DNA from: a virus
Lineage: Duplodnaviria > Caudoviricetes
Length of the DNA: 64,000 bases
Strand: one strand, 5' to 3'
IMG/VR virus record: IMGVR_UViG_3300020204_000066
Location: 229 to 64,228 of that record
The position numbers were made by a program, and so were the translations under genes. The notes under the pieces were generated by a model. The model had not been told where the DNA came from and did no database searches. It worked only from the letters and a program-made list of their open reading frames with translations. How positions within the stretch are numbered: position 1 is the stretch's first letter; the number at the start of each line of letters is the position of its first letter. Below, in pieces: positions 29,864 to 42,000 of the stretch.

Positions 29864-30259
29864 TTATTGAGGTCCGAGTGAATAGTTGTAATTTTGTCCA
29901 ACCCTTGCTACAAGATAACCGTCGCTATCAATGTAATAATTTAATTTTCTCTCATCCCAGCGATACTGTGCGTAGGTATCTAATGGACTATTTTTATCTC
30001 CATTGGGATTTTTTAATCTGTTAGAAGGAACTGCCAGAACATCATCTTCATTAATTCCATATCCAGTATCCCATTTTGGGTGAGATGGGTCCATGGGAGC
30101 ATTAGTAAAATTAATGACATCTATATCAGTGCTTTTAATTTGACTGTACACCAACATTCCATCTGGAGTTCTTGAAAGCGCATGAAATCCAGCATCCTGG
30201 AATGCAGTTTCTTGCGTCTGTGTACCAATAGTTATTAAACTTGATAATTGAATTGCCAT
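29864..30259 (-). CDS. hypothetical virion-associated protein
   Basis: FHALSRTPDGML...YAQYRWDERKLNYYIDSDGYLVAR; within the structural operon. Confidence 0.75.
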   Translation of the reverse strand: MAIQLSSLITIGTQTQETAFQDAGFHALSRTPDGMLVYSQIKSTDIDVINFTNAPMDPSHPKWDTGYGINEDDVLAVPSNRLKNPNGDKNSPLDTYAQYRWDERKLNYYIDSDGYLVARVGQNYNYSLGPQ

Positions 30260-31591
30260 TTAGAAAATTCTCCAATGAGTTCCCGACCAAATGATGTTGA
30301 CAATAACTCCATCGGTGTCAAAAATTAAAGTACTGTCAGTTCTATTTAAAGAATCTTTAAATAAATTTGACCCAGCATTGAGAGTAACATTATTTGTATT
30401 CCAAGTATTATTTGCATCCGCAAATAAAATAATATCGCCATTCAAAGGAGATGCTGGCAGGTTAACAGTAATTGGACCACTTGTTGAGTTGATCAAATAG
30501 TATTTATTAGAATCAACACTGTAAGGAGTAGAATTTACAATAATCCAACCAATGAAAACGTCTCTACGATCACCAGTAACCAACGATTCCCAACGATTTG
30601 TATAAATCTTTAAAAGATTTGAACTATCATCATATAACAGTTTTCCTTCTACTGCTGGAGCTGCTGCTTCATTTGGATATTTAATATTTAATTTTTCCGA
30701 CGTTACAGCGTTATCAGGTAATTTTTCTGTTGTAACTGCACCGTTTCTGATATGGTTTGTTGTTACTGCTCTATCAGAATCAACGGTTGTGCTATCTTTT
30801 AATTTAGTAGCATCTACAGCATCATTTGCCAGTTTTCCTGCAGTGATATTAAAGTCACGAATATGATCTGATGTTACCGCTCTATCGCCATCAGTTGTTG
30901 TACTACTTTTCAGTTTTACACTATCTACAGCATTGTTTGCTAACTTTCCTGTAGTTACATTTAAATCTGCAAGTTTTCCTGTAGTTACTCCAAGGTCAGC
31001 AATTTTGCCTGTAGTTACTCCAAGGTCAGCAATTTTACCTGTGGTTATATTTAAATCACGAATGTGATTTGTTGTTACTGCTCTATCTGCGTCAGTAGAA
31101 ACACTGCTTCTTAATTTTGTCGCATCTACTGCATCCGCAGCAATTTTTGTTGTAATTACCGCAGAGTTTGCAATGTCTCCAGACTGAATTGTTCCATCTG
31201 CAATCTTGTCAGATGTGACAGCACTTGGAGCAATCTTTACAGTGGTTACTGCAGAATTTTTTAATTCATTACTTCCTACAGTATCCGATCCTGGCACACC
31301 AACAGAAAATGGATCTGTAAAGACCGCATAGAATGATGAGTTTGAAGATGGTGCTACTGAAAACGTAATAATATCGTTAGCAACCGTATACTGAACTCCT
31401 GGTTCTAAAATACCGCCATTTAAATTTACGGTTAATAAAATTTCAGTCTCTGGATAAATCGGTTGCCCACCAACTCGCAAATTAAACTGTGTAGCAGTTC
31501 CATTGAACCCGCTTCCCCCACCAACTCTAGGTAGAGGAACGTCTACTTTTTTCGCATTACTGCGAACTGGTTGTATACCTAAATATGGCAT
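30260..31591 (-). CDS. tail fibre-like protein with 10-aa repeats and a gp9/gp10-like C-terminal domain
   Basis: Repeated (A/V)VTTxK(I/L)AD units; C-terminal TSGPITVNLPASP..GD...NNVT motif. Confidence 0.75.
   Translation of the reverse strand: MPYLGIQPVRSNAKKVDVPLPRVGGGSGFNGTATQFNLRVGGQPIYPETEILLTVNLNGGILEPGVQYTVANDIITFSVAPSSNSSFYAVFTDPFSVGVPGSDTVGSNELKNSAVTTVKIAPSAVTSDKIADGTIQSGDIANSAVITTKIAADAVDATKLRSSVSTDADRAVTTNHIRDLNITTGKIADLGVTTGKIADLGVTTGKLADLNVTTGKLANNAVDSVKLKSSTTTDGDRAVTSDHIRDFNITAGKLANDAVDATKLKDSTTVDSDRAVTTNHIRNGAVTTEKLPDNAVTSEKLNIKYPNEAAAPAVEGKLLYDDSSNLLKIYTNRWESLVTGDRRDVFIGWIIVNSTPYSVDSNKYYLINSTSGPITVNLPASPLNGDIILFADANNTWNTNNVTLNAGSNLFKDSLNRTDSTLIFDTDGVIVNIIWSGTHWRIF
30948..31050. 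repeat. 30-bp-period tandem repeat inside the fibre gene
   Basis: cctgtagttactccaaggtcagcaatttt is identical at 30978-31006 and 31008-31036, with degenerate flanking copies. Confidence 0.9.
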
Positions 31592-31611
31592 TTTTTTATG
31601 TTACTTTACTC

Positions 31612-31618
31612 TATTTAT
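31612..31618 (-). promoter_or_regulatory. late promoter ATAAATA
   Basis: Motif about 20 bp upstream of the 443-aa gene. Confidence 0.6.
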
Positions 31619-31971
31619 TAAGTTGATTCCAAATAACTTACTATCACATCCACAGACGTAGCATTTGAAGAACTTACAACGATAGAATCTCCATTTGCTT
31701 GAGTAACATCTTTTACTAAAACAATCTTTTGTCCAGACATAACTTCAAAAGAAGTACCAGAGGGAATGGGAATATCTTTTAAAAGATAGATATCATCCAA
31801 CGCTGGATCTCCTTTTTGAATTTGAACTGAAGCTGTTGTCGATGTCAATGAAGTGTTAGTCAAAGTTAGACCAAGTAACACCGCGTGAGAAACGCCAGAT
31901 GGAACTGCGTAAATTGTAGAAGGAGTTAATCCTATACTCGCTTTTGTAGTGGATTTGAAAAAATTTGCCAT
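31618..31971 (-). CDS. small beta-rich virion/fibre-associated protein
   Basis: MANFFKS...YAVP...IPSGTSFEVMSGQKIVL...VSYLE. Confidence 0.75.
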   Translation of the reverse strand: MANFFKSTTKASIGLTPSTIYAVPSGVSHAVLLGLTLTNTSLTSTTASVQIQKGDPALDDIYLLKDIPIPSGTSFEVMSGQKIVLVKDVTQANGDSIVVSSSNATSVDVIVSYLEST

Positions 31972-31975
31972 TTAT

Positions 31976-34900
31976 TTATCCTAGGGCTAGAACGAATGGG
32001 ATGATGTCATCAAACGTAACGTTTGTAGTTTGAATAGCTGCATAAACATTATTTATTGCTTCTACAACACTATTTCTTTGTGTGATACCCGCAGCAAGTG
32101 TTGCGATATTTCCAATATCACCCTGCAATTCATTAATAGCAGTTACAAGACTGGTATCATTTGTGATTAAGTTGCTGAGAGTTGAGATATCACCAATATT
32201 AGGAGCTGTGATGTTTCCAGTTAAAACAACGGCTCCTGTAACTTCGAGATTTTTATAGAAATAAATTTTCTCAGAACCATTAGTAGTAGTAATCTTGAAG
32301 TAAGTATTTGCTCCTTCATCGATACTAAATGCAGTTGCGAGGTTGTCAGTAATACTTAACTTTGAAGTTTTTAATGTGTTAATATTGGCATCTCTTGCAA
32401 CATATAAATCTCTCCACTGCTGAGACGAACTACCAACATCATAAGTATTATTTGTATTAGGAATAATGTTAGAATTTAGATCAGCGTTGAATACAATATT
32501 GTCAGTATTAAGATCACCAAATGTAATCGTACCACCAGTGCCATTTCCAGCTCTAAATGTAATATCACCATCGACGGTCAGATTGCCACCAACTCCAAGA
32601 TTTCCTGTGATATTTGTATCTCCACCAGAAGGAACAATACTAATATCTCCAGATAAAGTACTAATGGTATTGCCACTAAATTCAAAATTGCCAACATTAA
32701 TTGAGGTGGAATTGATTACAGTAGATGATGACCCATCAGTTACTGAAATCGAAGACGCACTACTAATGCTGAAATTTTGATTTCCGAAATTAATGTTTCC
32801 ATTTTCTTGATCTACGTAGAAAATATCTCCAACTCTAAAATCTCCCTTTTGATCAATAGAAACATATGAAACATTACCGCCATTTACTTCGACTACTTCA
32901 TTTGCCTGAATTACGAGAGTATCATCTTGAGTAAAATCTCCACCACTTCCAACATAATTAAACGTATAAGAAATCAATTGAATATCAGTTCCAATTCCAT
33001 CAGCAACAATTCCCTTATCTCCAAACTCTGATGCACAACCAACTGATCTCATCTCAGCGCCAAATTGCTGATAATCTGCTAATGTTATAGCAGTGGCAGT
33101 ACCAATTTGAGTTGCCCCATTAAAGAAGCGAATATCTTGTGTTCCTACTGCATCATCAGTGAATGTAGTACTACCATTCGTACCATTTAAGTGAAGTAGT
33201 AATGATGTATTGATATCACTGCCAAACTCTGCTGTTGGCACAGTATATGTTCCAGTATATCTCGCAAATCCTTTCGTAATTCTTACTTCATCAATGTAAC
33301 CACTAAAGGGAATTACTCCAGATACGTTTGCACCTATTCTTAGAGGCTTTGAACCACCATAATCATTACTATCAGTATAGGTGCTTCCAATTTGAACACC
33401 ATCTAACCATAACTTAGTTGAAGTTCCCTGTCTAGAGACTGCAACATGATACCAAGTATTAGTAAGTAGTGTTCCTCCAGATATTCTATCTGCACCATTA
33501 GTGTAATACTTGAGTGTGCTTCCATCAAGATATAATGTAGGAGAAAACTCAGTTTCAGTTACGCGATGATCTAGGATTACTTTAGCTCCAGTTGTGTTGT
33601 TTAAGTAAATAAATGCTTCAATAGTAAAATCGCTGGTTCCAAAACCAAAATCTGTACTATTAGAATATGACAGATAATTATCTGTACCATCAAAAATTGC
33701 AGATGATGTGCCAAATTTTTTCTGTGTAGTTGATAAAGTAATGCCGCCATTTGCAGTTGCAATTTTTCCTGGTCTGGATTCTGCAGTAACAAAAGTTCCA
33801 GTCCCTTTATTTGTTAGCAGTAGAACTCCATTGTTATAACTTGATACCGTTCCTTCTGCTAAAACCGTTGTCCCATTAACATCATAATATTTTACGGTAT
33901 TTCCTGCTGCTGGAGTGAAACTTCCAAGACCAGTAAATCTAAGTTTAGTTTTTCCTGCTCCAGCAAATCCAGTGCTTCCACTTACAGCAAGAACTCCAAT
34001 TTCTGCAAAGTAAGTAAAGCAGTTTAAGTATTCTGCTCTAGCGCCATTTGTCATCTTAACGCCAATTGCATTAGGAACAATGAAAGTGGTTTCATTGAAC
34101 AAAATGGCAGCTTGAATAGTGTTTGGATTTACAACGCTACCATCAATCAGTGCCCCTCTACCAGCATCGTTTGCTGCATATCCATATGGATCAGTGGAAG
34201 TAGTAACTGATCCTCTATTGAGCACTGTAACTCTTTGAATATAAGGACTTCTTAATGGAGAATTTGCTCCAATTGCAAGTCTGAATGCATATCCAGTATC
34301 ATTAGTATCATTATAAAACATATCTGCAATCGTAAGATCTTCTATGGTTGTTTCTCCATTTAAAAGGAAACAATCAAGATCTTTGGTTGATGTAGTAGGA
34401 ACAATTTTAGTAGATCTAAGTCCAGTCCCTTTAATTGTTACGCCCTGGGGAACTGTCATTGGAAATTCTTCTACAAACACCCCAGGACCAACGGTAATAG
34501 TATCTCCAGATACTGCTTGAGACAATGCGTATTTTAATGTTGCAAAAGCAGTCTGGGGAGTTCTTCCTGGAAATTCTCTTGCTCCTATTCCACTTGTCGC
34601 AATACTATCAGTTCCTCTGGAAGAAACATAATAATGATGTCCTAGATGTTCAAAAACATTTACGCCCTTAACGCTAAGAGATTGAGATACATTAATATCA
34701 GTATCAACTGTAATTTCGGCAGCGCCAGCTGATCTGATAGTATTTGCCTCTAGCGAAGTATTTACAACTACCTTTCCAGTACTAAAACTAGTTGCTTCTG
34801 ATCCATTCGTAGTTATAACCTTAATATATTCATTCGACCCTTCAAAAACAGAAATTGCCGAAGCAAGATTATCAGAAAGACTTACCTTAGTAGTTTTTAA

Positions 34901-35818
34901 AGTATCTATATTTGCATCTCTTCCTACATGAATATCTCTCCATTTTTGTGAGGAAGAACCAACATCAAAAGTGTTATGAGTATTGGGAATAATATTTGAA
35001 TTTAAATCTGCATTGAATACAATGTTATCAGTGTTGAGGTCACCGAATGTAATTGTGCCGCTGGTTGTATTCCCAGCTCTAAATGTAATATCACCATTAA
35101 CGGTTAAATTACCTTCTACAAGAGTATTCTTGTGTAAAGTAATCGATTCTGAACCATTAGTTGTATTTAAAGTAAAATAAGGATTTGCACCTTCAGATAC
35201 AACATACGCAGATGATGTATTGTCTTGAATTGCTACCTTTGCATTAGTGATGGTATCAATAGTAGCATTTCCTGATAGATATAGATCTCTCCATCTCTGA
35301 GAAGATGATCCTAGATCGTAGGCATTATTTGTATTTGGAATAATATTAGAATTTACATCTGCTCCAAATACAACATTATCTGTATTTCCATCACCTAAAG
35401 TAATTGATCCAGAAGATCCTTGTCCCGCTCGGAATGTAATATCACCATCAACAGTTAAGTCACCACCAATGAAAGTATCTTTATGAATAGTTACCGCTTC
35501 TGATCCGTTGGTAGTATTAATACTTAAATATGAATTCGCTCCTTCTTTAATCAATAAAGCATTTACAATATTGTCTTTTATGTTTATATTCGTAGCATTA
35601 CTATCAAGATTAATATCACCACCTTGAATAGTTACATCTCCACTAGTTGTTAAATTAGTAAATACCTGAACTCCACCGATTAAATTATTTAAAGTAGTTA
35701 CTACATTAGTTGCCAACCCAGTTAGAGTTGAAATGTCACCAAGATCAGCTGAGATCAAGTTAATTTCTTGACGCTGTTCTTCAAAGGTATAAGTTTTAGC
35801 TACGTTTCTTAGTGCCAT
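31976..35818 (-). CDS. tail fibre-like protein with a beta-helix-like region and a LamG/concanavalin A-like domain (1280 aa)
   Basis: MALRNVAKTYTFEEQRQEIN N-terminus; AFATLKYAL...VGPGVFVEEFP; LamG motifs DFTIEAF, WYHVAVSR and GYIDEVRITKG; three internal repeats. Confidence 0.8.
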   Translation of the reverse strand: MALRNVAKTYTFEEQRQEINLISADLGDISTLTGLATNVVTTLNNLIGGVQVFTNLTTSGDVTIQGGDINLDSNATNINIKDNIVNALLIKEGANSYLSINTTNGSEAVTIHKDTFIGGDLTVDGDITFRAGQGSSGSITLGDGNTDNVVFGADVNSNIIPNTNNAYDLGSSSQRWRDLYLSGNATIDTITNAKVAIQDNTSSAYVVSEGANPYFTLNTTNGSESITLHKNTLVEGNLTVNGDITFRAGNTTSGTITFGDLNTDNIVFNADLNSNIIPNTHNTFDVGSSSQKWRDIHVGRDANIDTLKTTKVSLSDNLASAISVFEGSNEYIKVITTNGSEATSFSTGKVVVNTSLEANTIRSAGAAEITVDTDINVSQSLSVKGVNVFEHLGHHYYVSSRGTDSIATSGIGAREFPGRTPQTAFATLKYALSQAVSGDTITVGPGVFVEEFPMTVPQGVTIKGTGLRSTKIVPTTSTKDLDCFLLNGETTIEDLTIADMFYNDTNDTGYAFRLAIGANSPLRSPYIQRVTVLNRGSVTTSTDPYGYAANDAGRGALIDGSVVNPNTIQAAILFNETTFIVPNAIGVKMTNGARAEYLNCFTYFAEIGVLAVSGSTGFAGAGKTKLRFTGLGSFTPAAGNTVKYYDVNGTTVLAEGTVSSYNNGVLLLTNKGTGTFVTAESRPGKIATANGGITLSTTQKKFGTSSAIFDGTDNYLSYSNSTDFGFGTSDFTIEAFIYLNNTTGAKVILDHRVTETEFSPTLYLDGSTLKYYTNGADRISGGTLLTNTWYHVAVSRQGTSTKLWLDGVQIGSTYTDSNDYGGSKPLRIGANVSGVIPFSGYIDEVRITKGFARYTGTYTVPTAEFGSDINTSLLLHLNGTNGSTTFTDDAVGTQDIRFFNGATQIGTATAITLADYQQFGAEMRSVGCASEFGDKGIVADGIGTDIQLISYTFNYVGSGGDFTQDDTLVIQANEVVEVNGGNVSYVSIDQKGDFRVGDIFYVDQENGNINFGNQNFSISSASSISVTDGSSSTVINSTSINVGNFEFSGNTISTLSGDISIVPSGGDTNITGNLGVGGNLTVDGDITFRAGNGTGGTITFGDLNTDNIVFNADLNSNIIPNTNNTYDVGSSSQQWRDLYVARDANINTLKTSKLSITDNLATAFSIDEGANTYFKITTTNGSEKIYFYKNLEVTGAVVLTGNITAPNIGDISTLSNLITNDTSLVTAINELQGDIGNIATLAAGITQRNSVVEAINNVYAAIQTTNVTFDDIIPFVLALG

Positions 35819-35819
35819 G

Positions 35820-36023
35820 TTACTCTACTAATTTCCTTAGAAGGGTTTTGATTTCATGAAGTTCTTCCTTCAATGTATTTAGTTCATTATCAACGAATTT
35901 TAATTTTTTATTCAGCAAATATTCTCTGTAGGCAGAATCATCTGTGTTGATTACTGCCCCAGTATCTTCATCTTTTTTTAAATTTGGGTGTGTAGTAATG
36001 TTGATCATATCGTAGCAATACAC
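35820..36023 (-). CDS. hypothetical protein
   Basis: HPNLKKDEDTGAVINTD plus a C-terminal coiled coil; follows the VrlC-like gene. Confidence 0.75.
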   Translation of the reverse strand: MYCYDMINITTHPNLKKDEDTGAVINTDDSAYREYLLNKKLKFVDNELNTLKEELHEIKTLLRKLVE

Positions 36024-39000
36024 TTGATGTCTTTTAATTTGGGTATAAAGACTGGATTATCACTAGTCAGCACAACCTTAATTGCAAATGAACTAAATTC
36101 AGATAAGTTTTGAACAGAGTATTTCAGTTCTTTATATGAATTTGGATTTTCAGTTAATGGAGATAAAATTGTTGATGGTGTGACAATGATATTATTATCG
36201 GAACTTCCATCTCCGTTGAATGGTATCCAATCAATTTCAGCAAAAACTTTATCGGAACTGTACTTGTGCTTATAGTACACTTTGATATTATCTACAGAAT
36301 TCAATAAAGCATTGATGGTAACATTAATACCTGTTGATCCATTTGCTAATGCAATTTCTTTAGTTACATACTTACATGCAGAAGAAGAATTGTTTTTATC
36401 TTCTGGAACAAATAGAACACCATTTTCAAACACTGTAGATTTAATTTCTAGATCCACCGTTGGTCCTGAAGAAGGAATATATGTGATCACATCTCCTACA
36501 CGGAAAATATCACTTGTAGATCTTGAATTTGGATTTGATGCAGCCTCTTGTAGTAGAGTTGCCGTTTTATTTGAACCATCCCACTTAGTTACTTTTCCTT
36601 TTGCTTTGATAGCAGAGGTTGAAGCATTAAAGTTTTTATGCTGAATTGTTGAATTGATTGGGAAATTAATTTGGTATTCAGTGTTTTCTGCAGAAACAAC
36701 TAAAGGAGTAGTATATGTTACGGGTTGACCCCCAACAGTAACTGTTTTTGTTCCCGATGAACTTCCGCTAGTAGGATTCCAATCTAAGTTGTTGCCAACA
36801 AATTCAAGACCTTCTCCCTTAATGAAGATGTCTCCTTCAGTAACTCTTGCATAAATTGTGCTAGATGTAAATGCTACAATTTTACCCACTGTATTTGAAC
36901 TCTTTCCAACAACAAATGCAGGAGTTGAATCTGTAGAAATACTAATTAAGCCAGCACCTAAAGTAATTCCACTTGGCAATGTTCCATCTGTAATTGGAAT
37001 TAATACAGTTCTATAGAAAGTAATCTGCTGATCTCTTCTTCCAAATCTATCACTATCACCGATTGGATTGTCAATTCTATTTGTGGAAATAACTGCACTA
37101 GTAGTTTCTACGTCATAGACTGGCGACAAGTTTTCTAATGAAGTGCTGAATGACATGTTATAGCGTAGTGAATCTTCTTCTGGAAGATCATTTTTGTAGA
37201 AAATTTGGTTCAGTGGAGATAAGATTGCTTTTTGTGTGGTGAAATATGTAATTTGATTTGGAATAATATCTACAGTTTTTACATTGCCAGTTTGACTTAA
37301 GTTTTGACGATAGTTATATGTAATTGAATCATTATCAACTGGTTTGGCATCAGTAGTTACTAATGAATATGTTGCAGTAGTTTGATCAAATGTCAATGAA
37401 TTTTGCTGTAAAAATAGTCTTTCAAATTTTCTATTATGAGAAGACTTGATAGAAAGACCTCCACTAAATCCAGTTGTAGTTGCTGTAGAATTTACAGAAC
37501 AAATATAATAATCTAGTCCTACTTCTTTTACTTCCAAAATAACATTATTAAGAGTGTTGAATGTTACACCATTAATTCCAGACGCAGGAACATTTTTAAG
37601 AACAACTCTAGCACCAGGAACAAATCCATGGTTTTTATGGGAAATCTTAATGTAAGTTGGATTACCACCAAATAGTGTTGAAGAAGTGGTAGGACTTAAA
37701 ACGTCAGTTCCATAGGTTTCTACAGGATTTTGTTCCAGAACCTCATAACCAAGTGATTCATTTTTAAATGTTACGTTTGCAGTTGTCGCAACCGAGAAAG
37801 ATGCTCTATTTAATTTAAATGTAATATCTTCCGAAGAACTTTCTGTCCAAACATCAGAGTTTTGAGATCTGAATAAAGATCCAACTAGAGGTTGAGTAGT
37901 AATTGAACTTGAACTGTTTACAATAGTACTTCCTAAAGTTGATAACCAAATATTATAATTTTTGCTGCTAGTCTCAATCAAGAAGGCATATTCTTTGTCA
38001 TTCTCTAGGTAGACAGGACTTTCAAAAATAAATTTCGTAGAAATAGTTGCATCTGTAGAAGTGGCAACTCCCATTCTAACTGCTTTTTTATTGTATTCAA
38101 TTACAGCTTCTGCTTTTGCTCCAGATCCAGGACCGCCAGTAATAAGAACCGATGGAGGATCCATATATTCTGATCCAGAAGATCCAATTTCAATTTCAAA
38201 TACTTTACCGTCACTAACAATAGGAGTAGCAGTTGCAGTTACTCCGCCAGGAAGAGCAGGACTATTTAAGGATACCGTAGTTGGTGAAGAATAACTTGTA
38301 CCAAAATCTGTCATTACAATTTTCTTCACGTATCCACTATCACGTACAATAGAAACTGTAACAGTATCGTTGTTTGTAATATTGTAAGTTGTTACACTAG
38401 GAATAAGGAGATTTTCTCCTTGCTCAAAAGATTTTCCATTGTGATTTGATAAAACCATAGTGTAAACTTGGTTTGGATCGATTGAAACAGTTCCACTAGT
38501 AGAAGCGGCTACTTCCACGCCAGTAGATGAGAGAATTTTTTTGATAGGACCAGATGCACTAGTTTTGTTTCCTTGTACTTGCTCATTGAGAACTAAGGAA
38601 ATAGTTTTATTGGTTCTAATTCTCAAGAATGTATCTGTATCTAAAGTTGTTTCACTGTATGGAATGACATTCTTTGTAGGTTTACCATTTTCAGTAGTAA
38701 CCAACTTAACTCTTACTGGCAAGTTTGCATCTTTACTTTGGAAGAATAGATCCAAGCTAGTAGCAAAAATACCTGAAGTAAAGTTTTCAATTTTAAATGT
38801 TTGTGCAATAGGATCAATAGTTCGATCTTTATTATACTGCTTTGAAATAATAGTATCAGTTCTCTTTGTTCCAGATTCGTTATAAGTAAAAATACTAGAT
38901 GGACTGATAATTTGCTTATTTTCTTGTGAGAATGGCAAAGCAATAAATTTAGTTAAAGCATATGTTGCTGGTAGATTTTGATCCAGAGGATCTGTTGGAC

Positions 39001-42000
39001 TTGAACTTAACTTAAACAGTTTTTCTCCCACAGAAAATACTTCTCTACTTGCTGAAGTATCATATGCAATTAAAGTAATGTCTTCATTATGAGAAGTTCC
39101 TGAAATTGGAGGATACCCGTTAGGAATTAAGAAAATACCACTAAGATTGCCAGTATCATCAGTAATGATTGGAGCTCCATATCCAGTTAAAGAACTTGCT
39201 GGAATTCCATTAAATGTAGCATCAGGATTTACCCACCTACTTACATCACGACCATCGAAGAATGCATAGACCTTAGTATTTGGTTTTAACCCACGTACAA
39301 CAAATTTGATTGCTTTACTTCTAATGTAGAAAGTTAGCAGAGAAGAAATTTGCTTGTCTGTTGAAGTTGAAGTAGAAGATCCAGATGGAACAAATCCATT
39401 GAAGTTTCCTAATGAAGAAGTGCTTGAATTGCTAGCAAGTGATACGGTGGATAGAGAAGTTGTCTGTGATAATGCAGAGTTGTTGCTTAAAATTTCTTTC
39501 TTGTCAACTCCAATCCAGTAATTTGTAAATACATCAAAAATCTTATCTAAAGCATTGATAGTATTCAATTCTGAAACGATAGGAGTTACTGTTAAACTCA
39601 AATCATTAGTTACAAATGGTTTTGTTGTATCATCAAACCATTCATCTAAGAATGGATATAGTGAAATGTGACCGTCATATTGGGCAAGTAAAAATTCATT
39701 GATATTAATAAAGTTACTAGAAAAATTATTTTGAATTGCTACTACGTTACTATATGGAAGAGTGATCAGGTTTCCTGTTTTCACATAATTATTACTGGAT
39801 CTATCTGCGTCAGTTAAAGCAGTCTCCTCAAGATTTAAATAGTACTCACTATTTTCTGTACGACAATTTCCTCTGGTGAGATCTAAACTGCACTTATAGT
39901 CTAAAGATTGAACATCGCTCGTTTGATATGATGTAAATGTATCTACAACAAATCCTGTCTTAAATCTTTCAGAATTAGTGATACTATCTTTAATTTGTAC
40001 ATTAAGAGCATCCTGTTCTAAAACGCTAAGTAAAGTATATTGCTCTAATCTTTCGATACGCTTCTCAAGATTTGCAATATCTTTCATTGTATAACGTTTG
40101 TTTTCAATAGGAAGAACCTTTACACTCTTTGCATTTTTAGTGAAAGCAGAGATATACAAGTAATATAGAGGAAGACCATCTTGAATTTGATCAGGTCTTT
40201 GAGGATTTGTAGAAGGAGATCCTTTTCTTACAATAAATTTTCCTGTTCTGTCTAAGTATACACAATCAATTCTATCAACATAGTGAGAATAATTGCATCC
40301 GAAACTATATGGTAATCCAGTATCACTAGCAATTAAATGTGATACAATAGCACCTTGACTAGTATTCAAATCATATACTGTGGAATTTAGTGCAGTAGCA
40401 TTTGAAAAACTTGGAAGTGTGCTATCGTTACTGACTTTAACTCTAAAGTCTATACAATCTCTTAAACTAATTTTTCCATTAACACTAGATTCAAAATCTG
40501 GAACTAAATCATGCGAAATTCCATCTTCATGAACATAAGAATCGACAACAAAGAAATCGCCATCAGAATGTTCAAAATAATCAAATCCAATGATTAGTGG
40601 AGATTTTGGAGCGGGATATCCTGGTTTGAGAATAATTCTTGCAACGTCATAAATGGTATCACGTTGACCATTATCAAAGATGTAATTATTAGTTACATCT
40701 TTTCCATTGCTTGAGATTAAATTTCCTTCGGCATCAATTTGTGCCACAGAAGAACCACCAGTTCCTTCATAGATGTATCTAATTTTAGATGCATCTGGGT
40801 ATGATACAATTGCTCCAGGAACATCATGGTCCGTTCCTCTTAGTGGAATTACATTGTTTGCAAAATCACTCAGAACTCTAATTCTTTTGTTTTCTACAAA
40901 CTTTTTCAGTTTTGGTTTTGCATCTGTGTATTCTACAGTAGCAGTTAATTTCAACTTAACGCCAGACAGAGATCCTTGGAAAAATGTCTGAGTGAATACA
41001 ATATCAATACTACCAGATGATAGACCTTGATTGTTGGTAGTTGTGTTAATAGTTACTTGGTTTTCAAATAATTCAATAATATCTCCATTTTGGAAGTTAG
41101 TTAAATTTCCTTTGTTTAAAACTGTTAGTAAGTAACTATCTTTTGTGAACGAAGCAAATCTTTGTACACCAAAAGGAAGTTGTGCTTTAAACAATACACT
41201 TTGATTTGAAGATGATTGAATAGTTTCTACAAAATCCTTTCTAAAGAAGTAAGATATTTCTGAATTTACGTCATTTTCTACAACAGATTTAATTTCTTTG
41301 TCCCCAAGTGGGAACACTAATGTAGAAGTTTCTGCACCATTAACTTTTGCCTTGATATTAGTTACAGTTTTACTAGTGATATTTTCTAAAACAATACTAT
41401 CGAGTAAAATGCGAGCTCTTTGTGTTGACGTAGGATTTGTAGTTCCTGATACAATGTACTTTCTTGTTACACCGTTATCTGCACTTACCTGAATTAAATC
41501 ACCTACTTTAACTTCAGTTTTTGTCAATACACCAGTACTGTCGCACTCTAAGTATGTTGCGCCAGATGGAGCAGAATATGGAATACCATTATTCAATGGA
41601 GTAAATGTATTTAAATCATTTTCTACGATATTAATATCGGCAGTAAATTTATAATTGGAGGGAGAATGAATTAATCCAAACGATTTAATATCTTCTGGAG
41701 CATATACTTTTATTGTTTCCTGGAATAGTACAACTCTAATTTTTGCATCTGTGGTTGGAGCAGAAGCACCCACAGGGAGGTCAAATATAACCTCTGGTGG
41801 GATATCATAGTTTTCTCTTAACAACTCTCTTCCAAGGGCAACTTCCGTGCCAGCACCAATACTTACAGAACTAATGCCAGGATCTGTAGTTCCTTGCATC
41901 GAAACGTTAATGATACTATTTGGCCAAATTCTTCCATTCAACTTTGCTCTAGTACCTGCTGTTGGATATCCAGCACCTGTTTCCATCACAACAAAGTGAG

